A stretch of 64,000 bases of DNA from an uncultured delta proteobacterium (lineage in GTDB: Bacteria > Desulfobacterota > BSN033 > UBA1163). Location of the stretch: contig CAVPSJ010000017.1 in assembly GCA_963708295.1 (NCBI GenBank), positions 224,001 through 288,000 of the forward strand, in the 5' to 3' direction. The notes beneath the pieces were generated by a model. The model was not told where the DNA came from. It was given only the letters and a program-made list of their open reading frames with translations, and did no database searches. Positions 43,104 through 52,705 of this stretch are shown here, in pieces. The first letter of the stretch is position 1. Every line of letters starts with the position of its first letter. The position numbers and the translations under genes were made by a program.

Positions 43104-43298
43104 GGGGTCGAATCTTTATCCGTAACTTTGCCTATATTTCACGAAAGTTTCCTTCTGACCTCAGGTTTTTTCCCTAAAGCGAAGAAATATCTGCGCCGCC
43201 ACCCTGTGAATTCCTGATTGGAATATATCTATTTTACGGAAATTGGTCAACCGAAACCTTCAGAATGGAAGATTCAAAGAAGCGGGCTGGTTGTTACA
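43104..43298 (-). repeat. Repeat A copy 2
   Basis: Full length, ggggtcgaatc...gggctggttgttaca. Confidence 0.9.
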
Positions 43299-43420
43299 AT
43301 TACAGAGAGCTATGAGGGCGGGGATTGCGTGTGAATAAGCCGTTTAAGCCCACCAATAAAACAGGTCAAGATTAGACGGCGCATTCTGCCCTTCATTCTC
43401 TCATCTCTAAAAATCTCTCC

Positions 43421-43948
43421 TCAATATCCCCCGGGATTGACAAGATCAATCATGACATACCCTAATCTTGGGAGATCCCTGTGCTCGAAGGGAAGAGGCA
43501 GTTTATATTTATACGGATCCGGAATCCCCGACTCGAATGTAAACGGAAAAACCGCTATGTTGCTTTCGTTACCCGTTTTGTCGAGAATGGAAACCTTTAA
43601 GGTAATGCTTGTCCACTCGCTGATATATCCAGCTTTTGAACTGTAGGTATTCCATTGAACATATCCTCGAAAGTGCTTCCGAAATTGCGGCTTGAGGTAG
43701 ATCCAATCGGTGGGGTAACGACCTTGGCCGGGCCCATCCGCCACTAAGGCGATTCTAAGCATATTTTCATCGGGATCGTCTGCCTCGATGTAAATTCTCC
43801 AGATATACCCGTAATATCCCTTCTCGACCGCAAAGGCATGGGTAATCACGGGTGCTCTCGTCTCTGATTTAGGTTGCGCCCATCCTGAAGACGCCATGAG
43901 GAGAACCAATAACAATGCACCGACAAAGTAAAGATTATTTTGATTCAT
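43421..43948 (-). CDS. Exported hypothetical protein
   Basis: Signal peptide; RBS aggag. Confidence 0.75.
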   Translation of the reverse strand: MNQNNLYFVGALLLVLLMASSGWAQPKSETRAPVITHAFAVEKGYYGYIWRIYIEADDPDENMLRIALVADGPGQGRYPTDWIYLKPQFRKHFRGYVQWNTYSSKAGYISEWTSITLKVSILDKTGNESNIAVFPFTFESGIPDPYKYKLPLPFEHRDLPRLGYVMIDLVNPGGY

Positions 43949-44189
43949 GCTCGCTCCTTAAACTAAAATTAAGAACTCAAAGTCTCAATTTCAAGGTAGT
44001 AAAAGGCGCTAAGATTGGGGGCAAACGAAGAGAGGTCGGGCTATCCATTTTGAAATAAGGCTAAGACCTTCTCCCACTCTTCACTTTGAGGTAACTCGAT
44101 TAAGTTGACGATGAGGAATGAAAATTTGCACAAAAAAAGCAGAGCCAATTCTGACTCTGCTCTGCTCCTGCTCACTCAATCCTTAATTT

Positions 44190-44419
44190 AAACAAGATTT
44201 GTCTAAGTTCTTAGGTTCTATGTTTTCCCAGTCCCCCTTGCATAATCCACCATACCTTCAAAGTCAACGACAACCACGGACTCATCTCCAACCACCCAGG
44301 CGTCGTGCCCTGTCGGCAGCACGGGGACATCCACTGCTTGTACTCTATTTCGGTACCATCATCCATCCTTACCCTCAAAGTTCCGGATACGTGATACTGG
44401 AAATGAGGAAAGTGGTTCT
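44190..44419 (-). pseudogene. 5'-truncated cupin fragment
   Basis: PHFQYHVSGTLRVRMDDGTE / GHDAWVVGDE.VVVVDF; begins directly at the end of repeat A copy 3. Confidence 0.75.
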
Positions 44420-44620
44420 GGAGTCGAATCTTTATCCTTGACTTTGCCGATATTTCACGAACATTTCCTTCTGACCCGAGGCTTTTTCCCCCTGAAAACG
44501 AAGAAATATCTGCGTTGGCGCCCTGTTGATTCTTGATTGGAGAATACAAATTTTATGAGAGTTGGTCAACCGAAACTTTCAGAAAGGAAGATTCAAAGAA
44601 CTGGGCTGTTTGTTTCACCT
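44420..44620 (-). repeat. Repeat A copy 3
   Basis: Full length. Confidence 0.9.
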
Positions 44621-44733
44621 CGATTTCGCCAGGTATACCTTAGAACTTATTCTTGTCATCTCATCCACTTTACTCAGAGTTAAGGCTCGAGGGTAATAGT
44701 GTCAGTTAAGAGTCTGCTTAACTGTATATGCCC

Positions 44734-45885
44734 TTAAAGTTTCAAAACCTTTCTGGCGATGTTGACCCTCTGAATTTCTGAGGTCCCTTCCAGAATCTCC
44801 TCAAATTTTACCTCACGCCAGTAACGGGAGATCGGATATTCATCCATCAATCCGTATGCTCCATGGATTTGGACCCCCCTGTCAGCACATCGTTTGGCTG
44901 TCTCCGATGCAAAAATCTTTGCAAAAGTGGAAGTGGCAAAATAGTTCTCATCCTGATCTTTTTGCCAGGCAGCTTTATAAACCATCAATCTTGCTAATTC
45001 GATCTCCATCAACATGTCCGCCAACTTAAATCGAATGGCTTGAAATTCACCGATGTTTCTGCCAAATTGCTTTCTTTCCTTCGCATAAGCCAATGAAACA
45101 TCTAAGATGGCCTGAGCCAATCCCACAGAATGGGCAGCAAACCCAATTCGACTGGTCTGGAGAGCCATCAGAAATTGGGAGATTCCTTTATCGGGGTTCC
45201 CCAAAATATTTTCTTTTGGAATACGGCAGTCATCAAAAATCAGCTCCCTAGTCTCTGAGGACCGATATCCCATCTTTTTATACTTCTGCCCAAAATTGTA
45301 ACCGCCCACCCCTGTCGGGATGATGAAATTGGAAGCCTTCTTCTTTCCTTTCTCTCCCACCCCGGTCACGGCGGCAATGATTACCAGACTATTATGCCTA
45401 AGTCCTGCATTGGTGATGAATTGTTTGGTTCCGTTGATAACCCATTCATCTTCCTCCAAGACCGCTCTCGTCTGAATAGCACTGGTATCTGAACCCGCCT
45501 GAGGCTCCGTCAAACCAAATGCCCCAATCTTTTCCCCTGTGGCCAATGGCATGAGCCATTTCTTTTTCTGCTCCTCTGTTCCGAAGGTGCAGAGGAGATT
45601 CATCGCGAGCGTGACAGAATCTAAAAGGGAGTTTCCCAAGGAGGCATCTCCTCGACTGATCTCCTCGATGGCGATGATCATGGAAAGCCAATCTAATCCC
45701 CATCCTCCGCATTCCTGAGGAAAGGGAATGCCGCAAATCCCCAAATCGCCCATTTTTTTCCATACACCATAAGGGAATTGACCGGTTTTATCCAGCTCCT
45801 CTGCGATGGGCATAATTTCTTTTTTAGCAAAATTCCTGCACAAATCCTTGACCATCACTTGTTCAGCGGAAAGGTTAAAATCCAT
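44734..45885 (-). CDS. Acyl-CoA dehydrogenase
   Basis: AFGLTEPQAGSD, INGTKQFITN, R.QFG..I..FQ, QIHG.YG, EGTSEIQR. Confidence 0.95.
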   Translation of the reverse strand: MDFNLSAEQVMVKDLCRNFAKKEIMPIAEELDKTGQFPYGVWKKMGDLGICGIPFPQECGGWGLDWLSMIIAIEEISRGDASLGNSLLDSVTLAMNLLCTFGTEEQKKKWLMPLATGEKIGAFGLTEPQAGSDTSAIQTRAVLEEDEWVINGTKQFITNAGLRHNSLVIIAAVTGVGEKGKKKASNFIIPTGVGGYNFGQKYKKMGYRSSETRELIFDDCRIPKENILGNPDKGISQFLMALQTSRIGFAAHSVGLAQAILDVSLAYAKERKQFGRNIGEFQAIRFKLADMLMEIELARLMVYKAAWQKDQDENYFATSTFAKIFASETAKRCADRGVQIHGAYGLMDEYPISRYWREVKFEEILEGTSEIQRVNIARKVLKL

Positions 45886-46000
45886 ATGTTCTTCTCCTTA
45901 CATGGAAAATAGGTTTTGCCAAATCATTAATTCAAATCCGAGGGGATAAAATGATCGGGAGGAGTTAATGCATCCTGGGGACGGTCCTTATATTCTGATC

Positions 46001-46092
46001 GAAGCTCCCCGCCCACGGGGCGGGGCTTCCCGGCATTGTATAATATCATTCATATTGTGCCCCTTAACCCCGCCTATCCCGCAGGGAGCGGG
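46001..46092. repeat. GC-rich hairpin pair resembling IS200/IS605-type ends or a REP element
   Basis: gaagctccccgcccacggggcggggcttc ... gtgcccttaaccccgcc...ggggcac. Confidence 0.45.
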
Positions 46093-46169
46093 ACGGGGCA
46101 CGTTCCGGCCAATGACAATTAGATACAAACTTTTTTATTGATCTCGCCATTTCCGATTATGAGTGTTAG

Positions 46170-46364
46170 AGGGCAAATCTTCATCCTTGACTTTCCCCAT
46201 ATTTCACGAACATTTCCTTCTGACCCCAGGTTTTTTCCCCTGAAAACGAAGAAATATCTACACCGCCACCCTGCGGATACTTGATGGGAATATACATATT
46301 CTATGAAAATTGGTCACCGAAACTTTCAGGAAAAGGAATAAAAGAAGCGATTTGTTTGTTACAC
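46170..46364 (-). repeat. Repeat A copy 4
   Basis: Full length. Confidence 0.88.
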
Positions 46365-46486
46365 GTAATGTTCAACTCAGCATAGTTTGTGAAGCCAACC
46401 GCTATAAAGATGTTTTTTGACAAAGAGTTGTCGATAGGATTTGGGGTTACCCATTTGTTCCCCATTTGTTACAAGGGGTCATTTAG

Positions 46487-46909
46487 TCACTGACTCCCGT
46501 CCGTCGCTGCAAGTCTTTTTAAAATCTCTTTTATCATGCCGTTTCTGTCCTTCCGGATTTCTCCTGCAAGCCGATGAACACGTTCCGGAATTTCGAAATA
46601 TTCGTTACCCCATAAGATGATTTCAAAGAGGATAGGCATGAGATCGATCCCCTTGGGAGTTAATTGGTAAAGGTTTTTTGCCTTATTTCCGGGAAAGGCT
46701 CTTTTTTCGACGATCCCGTTCTTTTCCAGAGTGAGTAGACGATCGGCAAGGATATTCGTCGCGATCTTTTCTTCGGATTGCAAAAACTCGCCGTACGTTC
46801 TTTTTCCTTTGAACATCAGGTCCCGTATGATCAGCAGTGTCCACTTATCGCCCAAGATGTCGAGAGTGGTACTGATAGGACACGTCGATCTCCTGGTGAG
46901 TTTCTTCAT
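46487..46909 (-). CDS. HxlR-family winged-helix regulator
   Basis: RSTCPI...LDILGDKWTLLIIRDL, IATNILADRL, Y.LTPKG. Confidence 0.92.
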   Translation of the reverse strand: MKKLTRRSTCPISTTLDILGDKWTLLIIRDLMFKGKRTYGEFLQSEEKIATNILADRLLTLEKNGIVEKRAFPGNKAKNLYQLTPKGIDLMPILFEIILWGNEYFEIPERVHRLAGEIRKDRNGMIKEILKRLAATDGSQ

Positions 46910-46928
46910 ACTTAAAGAATATACGAAT

Positions 46929-46978
46929 TACTTGCATAAAACAAGTAGATGTTTTATATTACTTGCAATTCGCAAGTA
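46929..46978. promoter_or_regulatory. Two palindromic operator sites, probably for HxlR
   Basis: tacttgcataaaacaagta and tacttgcaattcgcaagta between divergent genes. Confidence 0.7.
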
Positions 46979-47050
46979 TGTCGCCGGGAGAACTCATGGT
47001 CATAAAGCCGGATATGTGCTTCAGAAAATTGATTGTCAGAAGGAGGAGTT

Positions 47051-48094
47051 ATGGTTATGGAAAACAAAATACGGGAAAAGGCTCTGAAACTTGGATACGA
47101 GGACTGCGGTATTATTAGAGTCGGCGCCTTGGCCGGTTATCGCGAAAAGCTGGAGGAGCGCATCTCGCGGATACCCATGGGAGAGAAAATATATGGGCGC
47201 TATAGGAGTTATGCGGACCCCTCGGCGGATAATCCCGAGATAAAATCCATCATCGTCGCTATCGTTCCTACCTACAGGTACAACGTGCCCGGCGAATTCG
47301 ATGGCGTCTACGGCAAGGCCTACATGTTCGATGGCAGAACGGACGAACAGGCGCCCTTTTTCAGCAAACGCAGGGAATTCTCCACGTTTCTCGAAAGCCT
47401 CGGTCTTACATGCATGTTGGGCAGCAGTTTTGGAATCCCGGCGCCAGCCCGCTGGGCAGCGTATCAGGCAGGGCTCGGCATCATCCGCCAGAATAATTTC
47501 TTCTACACCAAAAACGGGTCATATAATCACATAGAGATGTTCGCAGTAGATCGGGAGCTCGAACTCATTCGCGACGTGAAACTCAAAGAGTGCTCGAAAG
47601 ACTGCAACAAATGCATCGGAGCCTGCCCTACCCATACGCTGAGCGCACCCTATACCATGTCGATGATCGGGTGTGCTAGCTTTCAGACTTCCATCTCGGC
47701 GAATACGGGAATGGCCGTACCATCTCCTGAGATGACGGAGCAAATAGGTTGCAGGCTGTACGGCTGCGACGTTTGCCAGGACGTATGCCCCTTTAATAAG
47801 GGCAAATGGACAGGCGGTGAGGACTTCCCGGGGCTTGAGGCGCTGGCGCCGTCAATGCGCCCGGAAAGTATCATGGAGATGAGCTATGATGAGATCGGCC
47901 GCACGTTGGCTCCCAAATATTGGTACATAAAGCCGGAAAACCTCTGGAAATGGAAACTGAACGCGCTGACCGTCATGATGAATGGCTACAGCGAGAAATA
48001 TGAAGCGCCAATAAAGCTCGGGCTTGAAGACCCCAACGAAACTGTGCGCGACTTCACGCGCGGCATCTGCTCGAAGCTGGGAATATCGTTTTAA
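47051..48094 (+). CDS. QueG-like (epoxyqueuosine reductase-like) FeS/cobalamin protein
   Basis: A..AGLG....NN, C.KC..ACPT, YGCDVCQDVCP.N. Confidence 0.8.
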   Translation: MVMENKIREKALKLGYEDCGIIRVGALAGYREKLEERISRIPMGEKIYGRYRSYADPSADNPEIKSIIVAIVPTYRYNVPGEFDGVYGKAYMFDGRTDEQAPFFSKRREFSTFLESLGLTCMLGSSFGIPAPARWAAYQAGLGIIRQNNFFYTKNGSYNHIEMFAVDRELELIRDVKLKECSKDCNKCIGACPTHTLSAPYTMSMIGCASFQTSISANTGMAVPSPEMTEQIGCRLYGCDVCQDVCPFNKGKWTGGEDFPGLEALAPSMRPESIMEMSYDEIGRTLAPKYWYIKPENLWKWKLNALTVMMNGYSEKYEAPIKLGLEDPNETVRDFTRGICSKLGISF

Positions 48095-48155
48095 GGCGTG
48101 TATTCTTCTCTCTCCACGATCCTGTTCCGTTTTTGTATTAAACGGAAAAGGGTCC

Positions 48156-48295
48156 GGGTCGAACCTTCTTATATTTCACAACAGTCTTCTTCTGTGCGCA
48201 GGGTTTTTTCCTGAAAATGAAGAAACATTTGCACCGCCACCCTGTTGATTCTTGATTGGAATATACAAATTTTGCGAAAATTGGTCAGCCGAAAC
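48156..48295 (-). repeat. Repeat A copy 5 (shortened)
   Basis: gggtcgaacc...caccgccaccctg...ggtcagccgaaac. Confidence 0.85.
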
Positions 48296-48330
48296 AACTA
48301 AAGCTGCACGACCCTTTGCATCGTCCTGTA

Positions 48331-48978
48331 TTATTTGGTTGGTTGGACTGTTTTTGCCAAAGATATTGGAGAACCCTTCATCTGTTTCCTATCGTTACCG
48401 TCAAAATAACTTCCAGTAAGCAAATCTTGGAACATTTCCAAACGGGCCGAGTAAAAAACATGCCCCTTAGACAGAAAAACGAGATAAACTATTTTCCCTG
48501 AGACAACCCCTTTAATATCATAATCACCAATGGCTCCACTTACCTTACCTTGTTCTTGGCGTAGGTAGCCTTCGCCCCAAGTGAAGAAACCACTCCCTTG
48601 TACATCGTGCCATCTTCCAGTAACGTCTATTTCCGATGGCTTACCACCTGATATTGTATTGAGCCAAGGATCAATTTGCAGAGGGTCGGACTGCTTATTC
48701 TCTAAATCTGGCTGTACATAATATTCTCTTTTATTTATTAGCTTTCCATTCTTATCGAAAGTTATATCTACACACATTGTATATGGCTGGTAACTAAACG
48801 ATCTCCGCCCAGTAAAATAATAGTAGTAAATAGTTTTATCATCTACTATTTCTTTCTTTGCTGGTGGCCCGTACTTCTGTTCGACTCTGGCTTGGTTCCA
48901 TTCTGCACATCCCGATAAAAGACTTATCAAAATCACTGTGATAATCGCTGTCAGTCGCACTGAGAACCTTTTTTCCAT
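48331..48978 (-). CDS. Hypothetical lipoprotein
   Basis: Lipobox LSGC. Confidence 0.78.
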   Translation of the reverse strand: MEKRFSVRLTAIITVILISLLSGCAEWNQARVEQKYGPPAKKEIVDDKTIYYYYFTGRRSFSYQPYTMCVDITFDKNGKLINKREYYVQPDLENKQSDPLQIDPWLNTISGGKPSEIDVTGRWHDVQGSGFFTWGEGYLRQEQGKVSGAIGDYDIKGVVSGKIVYLVFLSKGHVFYSARLEMFQDLLTGSYFDGNDRKQMKGSPISLAKTVQPTK

Positions 48979-49046
48979 AAGTCACCCCCAAAAAAGCAGA
49001 AAAGATCGAGGAGGATATATTTTGTGATAAGAGGCCATTTGTACTC

Positions 49047-49188
49047 AAAGTGAAGAAAGATCGACGTCGCCACCCTGTCTGGATTGTCGATTGATGATTG
49101 TTGTTTGGAATATACAAATTCTGTAAAAATTGGTCAACCGAAACTTTCAGAATGGAAGATTCAAAGAAGTGGGCTGTTTGTTACACCT
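49047..49188 (-). repeat. Repeat A copy 6 (partial, heptamer expansion)
   Basis: cgccaccctg...ggaatatac...ggtcaaccgaaactttcagaatggaagattcaaagaag. Confidence 0.85.
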
Positions 49189-49245
49189 CGTGTCTTTACT
49201 CTAAGTGGGTCAGAGAAATAGAATTCGAACCCAACCTTAATTTCT

Positions 49246-50069
49246 CTAACGCCATTCTACCGCCGGTGGATTCCTCAGTGGCATCCGCACAAACTTGAGT
49301 TTGGGGTATCCGACCATCAGGACTCCGAAGCACTTGTGACCTTCCGGTAAGTTCAGGGCTTCCACCAAAGGTGGATAAAAAATTGTTGCGGTCATCACAT
49401 ATCCCGCCCAGGTTGTCCCCAGGCCCAAAGGCAGTGCAATCAATTCTGCGTAGGCGAGGGCTAAGACGCAATCCACCTGGGCCAACCGAGCGTTTTCAGC
49501 CGCATGAGCGATAATGAGGTGCGGGGCATTGCGGCATATTGGATCTTTTCCCCCATCCCATAATGCAACCACCCGATCGAAATGAAACGTTTTAGCCAAA
49601 GCCGGGGCCTCTTTGATTGTCACACGCATCCAATCCACGACCAAGCCTGAAAGGCGCCTTACCTCTGTCTTATCCTCAATTACCAAAAAATGAACCGGTC
49701 GGGCATTGTGTGCGGACGGAGCATAGCCTGATACTTGAATGAGTTTGTTTAGCTTGTCACGTTCAACAGGGTCGTCCTTGTAATTTCGAATGGAGCGTCT
49801 TGATCGAAGAAACTGTTCAGCTTGCTCCAGATCGATGAGCAGCTCTTTCCTGATTTGAGGACAATCTTCGGGCCTCATGGTATGAAGTGCCAGTGCCCCA
49901 GAGGGACATACAGCCACACAGTGACCACAGTTGATGCATAACTCTTCGGCATCAGCTATCAGGGTTGGCACCGAGTCCTGCTTCCCCCATCTCGATCAGT
50001 CTCCGGCCACAAGCCTCCACACAGATCCCGTCCCGGTTGCACTTCTCTGGGTCAACATAAAAAAGCATT
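49246..50069 (-). CDS. Nitroreductase with N-terminal 4Fe-4S domain, frameshifts near 49985 and 50060
   Basis: VDPEKCNRDGICVEAC / CINCGHCVAVCP, RSRRSIR, APSAHN, LGTTWAG. Confidence 0.85.
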
Positions 50070-50100
50070 TCATCCTCCGTTTGATGCGAGTTCTTAATGG

Positions 50101-50228
50101 TGAAAACGAAGAAATATCTGCACCGCCACCCTGGGGATTCTTGATTGGAATATATCTATTTTATGAAAATGGGTCAACCGAAACTTTCAGAAAGAATGAA
50201 TCAAAGAAGCGGGCTGTTTGTAACACCA
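50101..50228 (-). repeat. Repeat A copy 7 (partial)
   Basis: tgaaaacgaagaaatatctg...gggctgtttgtaacacc. Confidence 0.88.
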
Positions 50229-50394
50229 CATAGAGTGAAGATTGGTTATTAAAGGTATTGAAGATTTACAATTGGAAAAGATACTAGAATGTATACAGGG
50301 GGTGGTAAAATGGATCCAACGTGTATTCTCCGCAGTCGATGAATCTTTTGCAAAGAAGTAATCAGCGTATTGAAACGAAAATGTCCGGTATTTG

Positions 50395-50976
50395 TCAACG
50401 AAGACTGAATAGTTCTTTCATGCAGGACCAAGCTTCTGGTGAAGACCAATCCCTTTGTCCTATAATCTTTCCTACCAATATCCCTTCTTGATCGACTAGA
50501 AATATTTGAGGAACCCAACCCCTTACTCCATATTGGTCCATCGTCTTTTCCTTCAAGAGTAAGAGGACGGGAAGGGTGATCTTGTTTTGATCGATGATCT
50601 TTTGAGCGGCTGTCTTTCTTTCTCCATCAATGGTAATAAAAAGGAAAACTAACTTATCTCTTTTACCTTGGGAGAATTTTTCAAGAGCTAACAGCTCTTC
50701 TCTGCAAGATTGTCACCAGGTGGCCCAAAATACGATGAGAACAGGTTTCCCTCTAAAGTCACTAAGAGAAATTTGTTTTCCATCCAGCAACTCCTTGAGT
50801 GAAAAAGCAGGAGCTTCTTTCTTTTCCTGAGATCTCTGAACACCAAAAGAATTACAGGACGGACATTCCGGTGGAGAGGGAGAAGCAGCCCTTACGATCT
50901 GAAGGCAAGGGATGAGCATAATAGTCATTCCTATCACGATTGAAAGCGAAAGAACGATTCTTTTTTTCATCTCCAC
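50395..50976 (-). CDS. TlpA/redoxin-family thiol:disulfide oxidoreductase selenoprotein (UxxC), 193 aa
   Basis: FWATW-TGA(50713-50715)-QSCREE continues in frame to VPQIFLVD.EG...G.RDW and stops at 50395; perfect 7-bp hairpin after the UGA. Confidence 0.92.
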
Positions 50977-50985
50977 CTCCCCAAA

Positions 50986-51468
50986 CTATCTCCTTCTCTT
51001 ATGAAGAGTTGCGGCTCCTTTGGCACCCCAAAGGTAAAACCATCCATCAAGTTTCGATTCACCCTCGATAATGGAACGTTTCGATTCACTTTCAACGAGG
51101 GAAAATTCAGCGAAATTCCCTCCTCGACCCCTAATAATGAGGCCACCTTTATCCGTAACGGTACCAGTATCAAAGTAGCTCTCCCACTCGCTGCCTTCGA
51201 ACCCACCCGGAAAGATATTGGCTGCCTCTCTGGGGATATTTTGAATGGATACCTTCCCTTTTAATGGAAGGGAGTTATTGTAAATGTCTAGGGTCGCCGT
51301 AGTGCGAATACGTTCCGCAAAAATGGCCGAACCTTCCCATCTCCCTTCCAAAATCGACAAATTGTTTTTTGTGAGGATTGTTGTAGTTGTTGGAACTGTG
51401 ACACACCCCGCTATAATTCCCTCCACCAAGAGTAGTAGCACAGCAATTAAACAAGGAATTGTTTTCAT
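50986..51468 (-). CDS. Hypothetical lipoprotein
   Basis: Lipobox IAGC; LEGRWEG. Confidence 0.72.
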   Translation of the reverse strand: MKTIPCLIAVLLLLVEGIIAGCVTVPTTTTILTKNNLSILEGRWEGSAIFAERIRTTATLDIYNNSLPLKGKVSIQNIPREAANIFPGGFEGSEWESYFDTGTVTDKGGLIIRGRGGNFAEFSLVESESKRSIIEGESKLDGWFYLWGAKGAATLHKRRR

Positions 51469-51667
51469 ACTTATTCTCCCTCTTCTTTCAATATTGCCAT
51501 TCTACTTGCCATTGTAGTAAATCTCATAACCGATGTCCATTAGCTTTTTGTCCAATAGGAGTATCGAAGAAGATTCAAGGAAGAAACATTATGAAGAAGA
51601 ATAAATAGAGGGAGGTTGCTGGAAAATTATTACTTTACAGACGTAGTATCGCTCCGCGCAGTTATTG

Positions 51668-51864
51668 AAAGCGAATCTTTACTCTTCACTTTGCCTATAT
51701 TTCACGAAGGTTTCCTTCTGACCCCAGGCTTTCTTCCTGAAAACGAAGAAATATCTACACCGCCACCCTGCGGATTCCTGATTGGAATATATCTATTTTA
51801 TGAAAATTGGTGAACCGAAACTTTCAGAAAGAACGGGTCAAAGAGGTGGGCTGTTTGTTACACC
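51668..51864 (-). repeat. Repeat A copy 8
   Basis: Full length; -35 box mutated to TTCACC. Confidence 0.88.
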
Positions 51865-51892
51865 AAAGCGATTTCTTGACTCGATCCTCCGT

Positions 51893-52399
51893 TCACCATA
51901 TGAATCTTAATCTTTCTCTCCATGTCTTTGGCAGAAGATTCCCCACAGCTTTCCAGTGACGGACCTCAGAAGGCGCGCACATCACGACCGCCGCAAAGAA
52001 TATCATTGGAAGGTCAAGGAAGATGGTTACAGAGGCCAATGTGTCTCCGAACGCTCCAAAACAACCGCAATCAACGCTACGCCCTTGTAAAAACACAATG
52101 GCCTTGGCAATGAAAAAAGATAAGCTCAGCAGGCCAATCCCCAAAGCCGATAATCGGGTTAACACTCCGAAAAGTAAACCTAATCCACACAGCAGTTCAA
52201 TGAAAGGCAAGGCCAGCCCAAAAGGACGGGCTAAATAGAAGGGCAGGATAACAAAGAAGTAAACGGCCTGCACCGAGTAACGCTCAATATCAACCATTTT
52301 CCCAAAGGCCGCTACAAGAAAAGAAACTGCCAATATCAAGCGAAAGCAGAGAACAACGGTTTTTGCGGTTTTCTTACGTGAATTTTGAATCATATTCAT
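51893..52399 (-). CDS. MauE/DoxX family membrane protein, paralog of 8646-9194
   Basis: GK.VDIERYSV, PFIELLCGLGLLFGVLTRLSALGI, CGCFG. Confidence 0.9.
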   Translation of the reverse strand: MNMIQNSRKKTAKTVVLCFRLILAVSFLVAAFGKMVDIERYSVQAVYFFVILPFYLARPFGLALPFIELLCGLGLLFGVLTRLSALGIGLLSLSFFIAKAIVFLQGRSVDCGCFGAFGDTLASVTIFLDLPMIFFAAVVMCAPSEVRHWKAVGNLLPKTWRERLRFIW

Positions 52400-52503
52400 C
52401 TCCTCGCCCTATTTCCTGTCGCTATTAGAAAATCAAGCGATTGGGCATCAATATTGAATTGGGAAAGAATTTGGGTATAGGTCTACACTTTTCACTGGGC
52501 TAC

Positions 52504-52705
52504 GGGATCGAATCTTTATCCTCAATTTTGCCTATATTTCACGAAAGTTTTCTTCTGAAAACAAAGAAATATTTACACCGCCACCCTGCGTTGATTGTCG
52601 ATTGCTGATCGAAGATTGTTGATTCTTGATTGGAGTATATCTATTCTATGGAAATTGGTCAACCGGAACTTTCGGAAATAAAGAGTCAAGAAGTGGGCTG
52701 TTTGG
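52504..52705 (-). repeat. Repeat A copy 9 (internal deletion plus heptamer expansion)
   Basis: gggatcgaatc...gggctgtttg. Confidence 0.88.

Noticed and set aside
43104-43116. gattcgacccc as a tRNA T-arm
   Set aside because: No cloverleaf, anticodon arm or CCA end can be built around it.
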